Assembly: GCF_053078305.1 (NCBI RefSeq) | Contig: NZ_CP166875.1 | Source: a plasmid | Reading direction: 5' to 3' (one strand) | Length of the DNA stretch: 64,000 nt | In this document: positions 10,706-19,475 of the stretch, piece after piece | How the letters are laid out: each line of letters starts with the position of its first letter | How positions within the stretch are numbered: the first letter of the stretch is position 1 | Position numbers and translations under genes: made by a program | Notes under the pieces: generated by a model | Told to the model about the DNA's origin: nothing | What the model saw: the letters and a program-made list of their open reading frames with translations, nothing else | Databases searched by the model: none

Positions 10706-11068
10706 GTGAGAGACAAAACCAGGGAGGCCATGCGGTTTTTTTTAGGCGGCAGGTGTTACACGGCTGAAAACCTTGAAAAGGATTATCTGGCTGAAGTTGC
10801 TAATTACAGTGACGACCGCTGGGAAGCACCCCAACGCGCCGCACGTCTGGCAGCTGCCGTAAAGCGTTACAAGACATCAGAAATGCTGCGCTTTATTTTT
10901 GCTACCACTGCCTACGATCCCGATCCAGATTTAACCCCGCTGACTGTGAGACGTTTGTGCAAGGCATTGTTCGGCAGAACAGGAAGCCAGTGGCTGGTTG
11001 TTGAAGTTTTTGGGGAGAAGGGGCGTCAGCACCGCAGCGCGGACAGCAATCCGGAGATGGTGGAAAAA
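10706..11068 (+). pseudogene. 5' part of a hypothetical gene interrupted by a Tn3-family element
   Basis: ORF MRDKTREAMRFFLGGRCYTAENLEKDY...NPEMVEK then runs into IR; continuation found at 14969-15214. Confidence 0.55.
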
Positions 11069-11125
11069 GGGGGTTCGCGCCCATTTCCTCTAAAAGTCTC
11101 ACCTTGCTTAGGTAATTAATTGAAT

Positions 11126-11707
11126 TTATTTATAAAACGTTGCAATTTTAGCATCATTTTTTATTGTTCTTTTTAACCTGAAGTACGTCGATCGAGAGAT
11201 ACCTGTTTTTTCTGTCACACTGCCCAGAGATTCTCCCTGTGATATAAGCTCCAACGCTGTAGGCGTTCGTGGATGCTTCTTCCTGCCAAATTTTACGCCT
11301 GCGGCAAGTGCCGCTATTCTTCCGTCGTTTGTCCGCTCCAGAATACGCTCACGTTCCGCTTCAGCTACAGCAGCAAGGATTTGGATAACCATTTTGCCCA
11401 TTGTCCCTTCTGTACTGAGACCGTTCTCCAGGAACCGGATGGCGATCCCCTTTTTGTAACAGCTATCAACCACACGAATCATGTCAGCAGTGTTACGCCC
11501 CAGTCGGTCCATTTTTGTACAGATGATTACGTCGTCTTTCTCTGCACGGGCCAACAACCGCTGTAGTCCTTCCCGTTCATCAGTTGCGCCAGTCATCATA
11601 TCCGTAAAAATACGATCTTCCCGTACCCCGGCATTTTTTAGCTCCGAGATTTGATGTGTTAGCTTCTGATGACTGGTTGATACCCGTGCATACCCCAATA
11701 ACGCCAT
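11126..11707 (-). CDS. tnpR: serine recombinase (resolvase/invertase family)
   Basis: MALLGYARVSTSHQKLTHQ...; catalytic Ser motif and C-terminal HTH. Confidence 0.85.
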   Translation of the reverse strand: MALLGYARVSTSHQKLTHQISELKNAGVREDRIFTDMMTGATDEREGLQRLLARAEKDDVIICTKMDRLGRNTADMIRVVDSCYKKGIAIRFLENGLSTEGTMGKMVIQILAAVAEAERERILERTNDGRIAALAAGVKFGRKKHPRTPTALELISQGESLGSVTEKTGISRSTYFRLKRTIKNDAKIATFYK

Positions 11708-11863
11708 TTTTAGTCTCACTTATCGTTTTTGACACTGCATGGTATCATAATGTACAAAATACGATTTTTGAAACCTGCTTTTATGCTGTTTTAGACAGGT
11801 ATCAGATATCTTAATATTTGATACTAGCCATATTTAACAAATATTTAGCATTTTGGTAAATGT

Positions 11864-14800
11864 ATGCAGAAGTACAAGAAAAGAATTAGTATATTAACAA
11901 AAAGTGAAATAAATGAATTATATCAAGTCCCCTCTTTTAATCCTGTTGAAAGGGATGAGTTTTTTTCGCTGGATATCAGCCTTAAAAGAGAAATTGATAA
12001 AATAATAAATATAGAAAGCAGGGTGTATCTGATATTAATAACAGGGTATTTCAGATATAAACCTGTGATTCCTGAATTTACATTAAAAGACGTAAAAAGG
12101 GATGTGAAATATATTATCCAGACATATTATAAAAACGAAAGTACTAATCTCAATTTAAACATACCTAAAAGTACAAAGTACCGCCTTGTTAAACGAATGC
12201 TTTCTACTCTAGGATTTGAACAACTCACCCCATCTATAAAAAATGAGTTAAGTGAACGTCTGAATGATGTTGCTACTATATGTATGGAACCAAAATATAT
12301 TTTTGATGAATTACTTGCTTTTTTAGGACAGCGGCGTATAGCTCTTCCTGGATACAGTACTGTCCAGAACCTCGTTTCAGATGCTTTAAACTTTGAAAGG
12401 AAAAGGACAATTAATATTTTGTCAAAGAGAATTTATCCTGCCACTGCACAAAAGATTACATCCATCATCCATGATGATGGAATATTAAATTCCATCAGGG
12501 GATATAATTATAGCACGAGAGACTTCTCAGCATCAGAAATAGAAAATGAATTAAGAACTCACAATGTGATAAGTAGTATTTACTATGAAATAAAAGATAT
12601 AATTAATTCATTAGGTATATCCCAGGGAAACATGGAGTACTATGCAACTATCGTAAAACACAGTACAACATTCAGACTTAAGCGACACCCTAAATGGCAA
12701 GGAATACTTTATTTGTGCTGCTACTTGTACTTCAGATACAGAGAGATAAATGATAAAATAATCACAGCCTTCAGATATTTAGTAAAAAAACATAAAGACG
12801 CTTCAGTTTTGTTTGCAAAAGCTCGGGCAACAGAGGAAATAGATCTAATAAATAAAAAGCTTAAGTTTGCGAGTAAAATATTTAACTTCTTCGTTGATAG
12901 TAACATTGAAGACAGCATCCCTTTTGGATATGTTCGTGAAAAGGTTTTTTCACTTATATCGAAAGATGATATGCATCTTGTGAGTGAATTTTTTGACAAA
13001 AATAAAATCGATGTAATTGAATATCAATGGCAGTATATTGACAGCCATCACCTTAAGATCGCCAATTCAATCCGAAAGCTTTTTCTGGCTATAGATATAG
13101 TATATGACAACGAGAAGTCTGTTATTGGCCAGCAAATTACTGCTGCCAAGGATGATCTCAGAGGAAAAGGAAAGCTGGATGCTAAGGATCTGAGGGTAAT
13201 TCATCCATCCGAGAAAAATTACATTGTAAAAGAAGGAGAAATTAACACTCAACGATTCGAATTTCATATGTACAGCAGGGTATCTAACCATCTGGAAAAC
13301 GGTGTCTTTTATGCTGCGGAGAGTGAACAAAACAAGAGACTGGAAGATGATCTCATAGAACGAAGTTACTGGCATAAGAATAAATCGATTTTGATAGAGA
13401 AAACAGGCCTTGAACGACTTATCACACCAATAACGCAGACTCTTAATGAGCTGGAGAATACCTTTAGCGATAAACTGGCTCGTATAACCATTGGAATAAA
13501 CTCAGATGCTAATGAGTTTGTGAAAAAACAACCACACTCCAACAGATTACAGTGGAGTCTGGCCAGTAAAAAATGGAAGACCAGCATCGATAATCCGATT
13601 TACAATCAGATAAAAAATATCGGAATAGTTGACGTAATGAAGTATGTAAACAATGAGACGAATTTTTTGTCTGTGTTTAATGCCATATCATCCAGGAAAA
13701 ATAATCTTGAAGCTGACTATAATGACCTTCTTGCCTGTATATTTGGTAATGGCGCAAATTATGGTGTTCACAGAATGGCATCTGCATCAGACCGTAGTAT
13801 TGGAATACTACGTGATGTGAATGACAAATTCATTCGTCCAGAAACAACAGGAATGGCCAACACAGTAATATCTGATGCAATTGCAAATCTTTCTGTATAT
13901 AAATACTGGACGATAAATGAAGATTCTCCATTTGGAAGTGTTGATGGGCAGAAGCACACTTGCAGAATAAATACATTTAAAGCCCGTTATTCTGCCAAGT
14001 ATTTCAGAAAGGGGAAAGGGGTTTCTGCGATGACACTGGTATCTAATCATGTGCCATTATCAACTGTGGTAATTTCTCCAAATGAATATGAAGGTCATTT
14101 TGCATTTGACTTGTTATATAACAACACCAGTGAAATACAACCAAAGTCATTAGCGACTGACAATCATGGTATAAACAACGTTAATTTTGCGATTCTTGAC
14201 ATTTTTGGCTATCAGTTTTCACCACGTTATGCAAAATTCAAGAAAATATTTAATGAATTATTTGATGTTATACTGGAGAGTGATAAACTCATTATAAAAC
14301 TTAAAAAACAATTTAACTTTAAGCTCATTGAACATGAATGGGAAAACATCCAACATATTATTTGTTCTTTAAGCAGAAAAACAACCATTCAAAGTACGGT
14401 TGTTAAGAAGTTATCTAATACAAAGCGTAGCAACAAGACATTAGCAGCACTTCGGGAGTATGACCGAGTTATAAAATGCATATATGTCCTGGATTATGCT
14501 GACAATAAAACCTTAAGGCAATTTGTGCAACAAGCACTGAACAGAGGTGAAGCTTATCATCAACTAAGAAGAGCAATAGCATCAGTAAATGGAAATCAAT
14601 TTCGCGGTGGTAATGACTACCAAATAGATCAATGGAACGACTGTGCGAGGTTAATAGCTAATTGTGTAATCTATTATAATTCAGCAATATTATCCAGGCT
14701 GGTCGAGAAATTTGAAAAAGAAAATAATAAAAAAGCGATAGATGTTCTGGCTAACTTATCCCCAGTAGCATGGAGACACATTCTCCTTGGAGGGAATTAT

Positions 14801-14902
14801 TCTTTTGAAGATCAAGTTGCGATCACAAATTTGGACAGTCTTTTGGAGGGAGTAGACCCACTAAGTGATATCGGAGATATTGAGTCCGAATATGACGGTT
14901 AA
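11864..14902 (+). CDS. tnpA: Tn3-family transposase
   Basis: 1012 aa, size and position next to resolvase inside Tn3-type IRs; AT-rich codon usage. Confidence 0.75.
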   Translation: MQKYKKRISILTKSEINELYQVPSFNPVERDEFFSLDISLKREIDKIINIESRVYLILITGYFRYKPVIPEFTLKDVKRDVKYIIQTYYKNESTNLNLNIPKSTKYRLVKRMLSTLGFEQLTPSIKNELSERLNDVATICMEPKYIFDELLAFLGQRRIALPGYSTVQNLVSDALNFERKRTINILSKRIYPATAQKITSIIHDDGILNSIRGYNYSTRDFSASEIENELRTHNVISSIYYEIKDIINSLGISQGNMEYYATIVKHSTTFRLKRHPKWQGILYLCCYLYFRYREINDKIITAFRYLVKKHKDASVLFAKARATEEIDLINKKLKFASKIFNFFVDSNIEDSIPFGYVREKVFSLISKDDMHLVSEFFDKNKIDVIEYQWQYIDSHHLKIANSIRKLFLAIDIVYDNEKSVIGQQITAAKDDLRGKGKLDAKDLRVIHPSEKNYIVKEGEINTQRFEFHMYSRVSNHLENGVFYAAESEQNKRLEDDLIERSYWHKNKSILIEKTGLERLITPITQTLNELENTFSDKLARITIGINSDANEFVKKQPHSNRLQWSLASKKWKTSIDNPIYNQIKNIGIVDVMKYVNNETNFLSVFNAISSRKNNLEADYNDLLACIFGNGANYGVHRMASASDRSIGILRDVNDKFIRPETTGMANTVISDAIANLSVYKYWTINEDSPFGSVDGQKHTCRINTFKARYSAKYFRKGKGVSAMTLVSNHVPLSTVVISPNEYEGHFAFDLLYNNTSEIQPKSLATDNHGINNVNFAILDIFGYQFSPRYAKFKKIFNELFDVILESDKLIIKLKKQFNFKLIEHEWENIQHIICSLSRKTTIQSTVVKKLSNTKRSNKTLAALREYDRVIKCIYVLDYADNKTLRQFVQQALNRGEAYHQLRRAIASVNGNQFRGGNDYQIDQWNDCARLIANCVIYYNSAILSRLVEKFEKENNKKAIDVLANLSPVAWRHILLGGNYSFEDQVAITNLDSLLEGVDPLSDIGDIESEYDG

Positions 14903-14968
14903 CAACATGATAAATAATGGTTTTTATGCTAAGAGTGAGACTTTTGGAGGAAATGGGCGCAGAACCCC

Positions 14969-15214
14969 ACTGTGAGACGTTTGTGCAAGGCATTGTTCGG
15001 CAGAACCGGAAGCCAGTGGCTGGTTGTTGAAGTTTTTGGGGAGAAGGGGCGTCAGCACCGCAGCGCGGACAGCAATCCGGAGATGGTGGAAAAAATGGCT
15101 GCCAGATATCGTCATGCCGCCGAACTACACTGGTCCGCAACGCTGGCAGAAATTGAACGGGTAAAGCGGCTTTATCAGACGAAAATTAAGAAATCCAAAA
15201 AAGAAGTGGGTTGA
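14969..15214 (+). pseudogene. 3' part of the interrupted hypothetical gene
   Basis: MRRLCKALFGRTGSQWLVVEVFGEKGRQHRSADSNPEMVEKMAARYRH...; first ~125 bp duplicate 10945-11068. Confidence 0.55.
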
Positions 15215-15242
15215 CTGCCATTGTTATTCTTTTCCTTCATCA

Positions 15243-15274
15243 TTAATGCTAATGTATGCATACATTAGCATTAA
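15243..15274. repeat. 32-bp perfect palindrome (copy 2)
   Basis: Identical to 10661-10692. Confidence 0.9.
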
Positions 15275-15299
15275 TGATGGTGCGTTGAACGTACAATAA

Positions 15300-15450
15300 G
15301 GGGTCCGCTTGGAATTCGGAAATTTTCCCACGCTAAGTGAATTGAGTTGAACGAGTGGTTACATCCAGGCCAGCTAACTCACTGAACGTAAAGACTGTAC
15401 GAAATGTTCCGACCGTCCGATAACCATTTGGCTTACTTCCGTACATTTCC
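15300..15450. repeat. Tn3-type 38-bp IR plus ~115 bp subterminal sequence, inverted copy of 9704-9856
   Basis: GGGGTCCGCTTGGAATTCGGAAATTTTCCCACGCTAAG followed by sequence reverse-complementary to 9704-9818. Confidence 0.7.
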
Positions 15451-15523
15451 TTGCGTAGATGTACAGAATTGTACGTTTTCGTACGGTTGGCCCTCAAACC
15501 CCATCCTTGAGTAGTGGCATAAG

Positions 15524-15553
15524 AAAACGGCTCCCTGTTGTGGAAGCCGTTAT
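15524..15553 (-). terminator. candidate rho-independent terminator downstream of the NUDIX gene
   Basis: Hairpin ACGGCTCC-loop-GGAAGCCGT followed by T-run on the minus strand. Confidence 0.45.
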
Positions 15554-15577
15554 CAGTTGCACGATTAGCATTGGAGT

Positions 15578-16003
15578 TTAAAGGATACCTTTCTGAGAAA
15601 ATGTGATCCGGGTTGCTTCATTTAAATCCATATATTTTAGGGTGTCAGGAGATGCCCAGACTATATCCTGAAACTCCTCATTAAATGTAACTGTACGGTT
15701 TGTACTGATACAGTCGAATATTAGGTAAATCATGTAAATGTCCTCGTGGGTACCATCCGGGTACGTTTTTGTACGGATATCATCACGAAAGGCCCAGGGT
15801 TTTACGTCAGTGATATGCAGTTCTTTTCCCAGTTCTTCCTTTATTTCACGCCTCAATGCTGTTTCCATAGTCTCTCCGGGTTCCATTCCTCCACCGGGCA
15901 GTGCCCATTGGCCCGGGAATACTCCGCGATCAGAGGCCATTTTACAAAGTAGAAACTCACCTTCATTTTGTATCACAGGGCACACTATTACTCTCTGGCG
16001 CAT
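15578..16003 (-). CDS. NUDIX hydrolase
   Basis: 141 aa with Nudix box [23 protein letters not shown]. Confidence 0.85.
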   Translation of the reverse strand: MRQRVIVCPVIQNEGEFLLCKMASDRGVFPGQWALPGGGMEPGETMETALRREIKEELGKELHITDVKPWAFRDDIRTKTYPDGTHEDIYMIYLIFDCISTNRTVTFNEEFQDIVWASPDTLKYMDLNEATRITFSQKGIL

Positions 16004-16004
16004 T

Positions 16005-16712
16005 TTATGTCCTCAACATCATGGCTTTTTGGATAACCTTATCAGAAAAATCATCAATGTCATCCGGGTGAGCACATACCATAATCCGCTCACGAAGGTG
16101 TAACGGAAGATTATCAGTAAAATGTTGATATTCCGCATGCCATCCTGTGATCCATTTTATCTTCATTTCCTCATCTGGAAATTCTTCAGGCCGTACACCA
16201 TGAATTTCATCATCATTGAGATGCATGAGTGAATGTGCGATGGGATAATTAATGAATGCTATAATGTCTGGCTCTGTAAGTAATTCATTTATTCTACTCC
16301 AGAGCACCATGTATGCATCATATTGTGCTTTATTTATATATTCGGACTTCAGCATGAAGTTGATAAAAATATAATCCTCAATATGGGATCTCTCCATAAT
16401 AAGGTTAAACCCTTTATCCAGCCAAGATTTTATCAGTAATGCCCGTTGTATCATAAAATTAAGCTGGATTAGATAACCGTAGTTACTGGTATCGTCAAAA
16501 AGGTAAGGAAGGAGAGTGTGGTGGACACTTTTTTCATCTATCGCGACAGTGTCTGGATCTACCTTAAATAACTCCTTTGACATGCGTCTCAGAAGAGTAC
16601 TTTTACCTACACCGGAATTACCCGACAGACATATATACAGAGGATTTCGAGTTTTATTCTTCTCTTTTTTATCTGCTGACCAAGGATCCATATACAAGTA
16701 ATTATATCTCAT
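16005..16712 (-). CDS. P-loop kinase, deoxynucleoside-kinase-like
   Basis: Walker [15 protein letters not shown] motif ([11 protein letters not shown]); start taken at ATG overlapping upstream stop (ATGA); ORF track extends to 16739. Confidence 0.7.
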   Translation of the reverse strand: MRYNYLYMDPWSADKKEKNKTRNPLYICLSGNSGVGKSTLLRRMSKELFKVDPDTVAIDEKSVHHTLLPYLFDDTSNYGYLIQLNFMIQRALLIKSWLDKGFNLIMERSHIEDYIFINFMLKSEYINKAQYDAYMVLWSRINELLTEPDIIAFINYPIAHSLMHLNDDEIHGVRPEEFPDEEMKIKWITGWHAEYQHFTDNLPLHLRERIMVCAHPDDIDDFSDKVIQKAMMLRT

Positions 16713-17575
16713 ACTGTAAACTCCATTTTGTCCAACCAAAAGCGGTTGTTCTTACATTTTTGCATGATTTCATTATTTCCGAAAATTGCACTGATTATAT
16801 GATCTTGTGAATCTGTCAGCATATTTCCCAACAGAGTATAGTTTTCTCCATCAGGGATAATAATGTCAAAATTGGGTTCCATAACAACATTGGCTTTGTC
16901 CCGTTCTTCGAAAGTTGCCCAACTAATGGGCATGTTAGGGTGTTGTTTTTTTAGCATTACCATTTTCTCTTTAAATATATCCGTATTGATTTCCAGTTTA
17001 TCTCTTTTTTCTTTTCCGACTCCTAGAGGACAGAACTGGTAAAATCGCCAAGCTTGGATCTTATAGGGCAGAGAATCAACCCAGCAAACAATATCACTGA
17101 GATGATTAATGTTAGACTGAGATACGACGGTCGTGAGTTTTATATTAATTCGATTATTATTTTGGGGTAACCATGTTAATATATTTTTGATAACCCTGTG
17201 TTGGTTACTCATTTTATCACTGCGAATTTCTGAATTGACAAGACTGTCAATTCCATCAATTGGTATTCCTACCCAGTCTAACACCGGATTTAACCGAGCA
17301 TGATCCATAATAAATCGATGCCCGACCGTGGAGAGATATGTCATAAAACCCAGTTGCTTAGCGTATTCAATCAGATCAATGAAATCACTCCGGGATGTAG
17401 GTTCCCCTCCGGTAAAACCGATACGACGGAATCCCATTTTATACATCCGCTCAATTACATTACGAGCACTAGCAAGAGAAGAGTCCTGAATTCCAGGTGT
17501 ACGAAAACACTGATCACATCCTAGGTTACAATGTGAAGTTATTCTGAAATCTAAAAGAAGGGTGCTAATATCCAT
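16709..17575 (-). CDS. radical SAM enzyme, viperin-like
   Basis: CNLGCDQC (CxxxCxxC), GFTGGEP, and C-terminal WRFYQFCPLG resembling viperin WKVFQCL region. Confidence 0.75.
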   Translation of the reverse strand: MDISTLLLDFRITSHCNLGCDQCFRTPGIQDSSLASARNVIERMYKMGFRRIGFTGGEPTSRSDFIDLIEYAKQLGFMTYLSTVGHRFIMDHARLNPVLDWVGIPIDGIDSLVNSEIRSDKMSNQHRVIKNILTWLPQNNNRINIKLTTVVSQSNINHLSDIVCWVDSLPYKIQAWRFYQFCPLGVGKEKRDKLEINTDIFKEKMVMLKKQHPNMPISWATFEERDKANVVMEPNFDIIIPDGENYTLLGNMLTDSQDHIISAIFGNNEIMQKCKNNRFWLDKMEFTV

Positions 17576-17869
17576 AACAAGTCCTCTGACTATGATACAT
17601 CAATAACCATTAAAACATAATGGTTATTGCAGACCATGACAAAGCGCAACCTTCGGCTTACCAGGGATATAATATCTGCCAGTAATCAGAGCAGTGGGTT
17701 GCGCAAGGAACTCATGAATGATGAGTTCCGGTAATCGCATTACTGGAAGCCCATGATCGGAGGGACGCTATCAGTCACACCAGTGAAAATTGTGCACAGA
17801 AGCATTTTCATCACTGACAGGCCGTATGCCTCACAAGACGGGAGATAACTGGAGAATATTTAGTTCTTC

Positions 17870-17946
17870 TACCGGCTTACGCCGATTTTACTCCTGTGTT
17901 ATATGTAACCACTGTGTGCCACCTTCCATGCGCTGGTGCGGCATCA
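17870..17946. repeat. partial copy (3' ~80 bp) of the ~270-bp repeat family
   Basis: TACCGGCTTACGCC...ATGTAACCAC...GCCACCTTCCATGCGCTGGTGCGGCAT matches ends of copies A/B. Confidence 0.7.
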
Positions 17947-18059
17947 GAGTAAAAAATCAGCATTAAATTTATTTGCAAATGTATGAGTAATACAGACTTG
18001 TTAACGGGTCCTTTCAGATGTATCTTTAAGACTTATTAAACAGTCTTAAAAGGTGCATT

Positions 18060-18311
18060 ATGCCTAACATCATTCTGTCTGACATCAGTGCAAGTGTCAG
18101 TGAACTGAAAAAAAATCCGATGGCGACAGTCGGTGCTGGTGATGGTTATCCGGTCGCCATTCTGAATCGCAATCAGCCGGCATTCTACTGTGTTCCTGCT
18201 GAACTGTATGAAAGGATGCTTGATGCTCTGGATGACCAGGAGCTGGTGAAACTGGTTACTGAACGTAGCAGTCAACCTCTGCATGATGTTGACCTGGACA
18301 GTTATTCATGA
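18060..18311 (+). CDS. stbD: StbD/RelB/Phd-family antitoxin
   Basis: 83 aa MPNIILSDISASVSELKKNPMATVG...; overlaps toxin start. Confidence 0.7.
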   Translation: MPNIILSDISASVSELKKNPMATVGAGDGYPVAILNRNQPAFYCVPAELYERMLDALDDQELVKLVTERSSQPLHDVDLDSYS

Positions 18312-18595
18312 CTTATACGATAAAATTCAGGGATGATGCGCTTAAAGAATGGCTGAAACTGGATAAGACCATTCAACAACAGTTTGTGAAAAAACTAAAA
18401 AAATGTAGCAAAAATCCTCATATACTGTCTGCAAAACTACGTGGGCTAAAGGACTGCTACAAAATTAAACTTCGTGCATCGGGATTTCGTCTGGTTTATC
18501 AGGTGATTGATGATATGTTAATTATTGCGGTTGTTGCGGTAGGTAAACGAGAACGTAGTAACGTTTATTATCTCGCCAGTGAGAGAATGAGATAG
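18308..18595 (+). CDS. stbE: StbE/RelE-family toxin
   Basis: 95 aa MTYTIKFRDDALKEWLKLDKTIQQQFVKKLKK... Confidence 0.75.
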   Translation: MTYTIKFRDDALKEWLKLDKTIQQQFVKKLKKCSKNPHILSAKLRGLKDCYKIKLRASGFRLVYQVIDDMLIIAVVAVGKRERSNVYYLASERMR

Positions 18596-18759
18596 TAACA
18601 TAAATAGCCTTTCCCGCAGATAACTCTCAGAATTGTTATTCTCTCTGTGGCCTCGCCTGAGGCGGAAAAAGAAAAGTTTTGTTGAGAGAATGATTTTACC
18701 TGCCGGGATGAGTCTGGGGTTATTTATATTACCAGACAAATTGAAACGGAGGGACATGT

Positions 18760-19167
18760 TTGATGACAATACTTGTGACGGCACAGGCTCAACTCATAGT
18801 TGGTGAGGCTATGGCGATAAAAAGTTTAGCTCCTGATGGAATGTTGGCCGCTGTATTTGAAGACGACGGGAATACCGGATATTTCTATGCACTTGATGAG
18901 TCCGTTGAAGGTAACCCTGTCAGGGATGCTGTGCATATATATAACGTTGAAGACATTTCAGATGCTCACATCCCCTCTGATGTGAAGATTGGCTGGTCTG
19001 AGGATTGCCTGAAGTGTGTTCTGCTGATAAACGGATATCCACATGGGGTATTCGATTTTGAGGGGAAGAACGGCTACTGTCGAAGTGGATTCCCGCCACC
19101 GGTTAATCATGAATGGTCTGTTCAGGGGCATTCATGGGATGATTACGTCGATAATTTCTTCCGGTGA
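18760..19167 (+). CDS. hypothetical protein
   Basis: 135-aa ORF, no recognisable motif. Confidence 0.4.
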   Translation: MMTILVTAQAQLIVGEAMAIKSLAPDGMLAAVFEDDGNTGYFYALDESVEGNPVRDAVHIYNVEDISDAHIPSDVKIGWSEDCLKCVLLINGYPHGVFDFEGKNGYCRSGFPPPVNHEWSVQGHSWDDYVDNFFR

Positions 19168-19475
19168 TTGAACCGAAAAATTACCTGACGGACAAGTCTG
19201 GGGCCGAATCGTGATGATTCATCATGGCCGTTTATAGTTCAGCAGTCTTGTTCTTTTGCTGTCAGTGGGATACCAGGAAAATAACCGATTGTTACCAGAC
19301 AGAATAACCATCATAAGACGTCACAAGACGGTGACGCTTACATAGTTCCGGGGAGTTAAACAATATACCCTGACTTTGTAATCATTTGAATTATATCCGT
19401 AACGTGTAACTTCCTGCCGTAACACCGGATTTAAGATATTCAAACTTTATCTTTATACCGATATTAAGAGACACA

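Larger units (their letters stand above)
11070..14968. mobile_element. AT-rich minimal Tn3-family transposon (tnpR and tnpA only)
   Basis: ~40-bp terminal IRs GGGGTTCGCGCCCATTTCCTCTAAAAGTCTCACCTTGCTTAG (left) and CTAAGAGTGAGACTTTTGGAGGAAATGGGCGCAGAACCCC (right); serine recombinase plus 1012-aa transposase. Confidence 0.75.
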
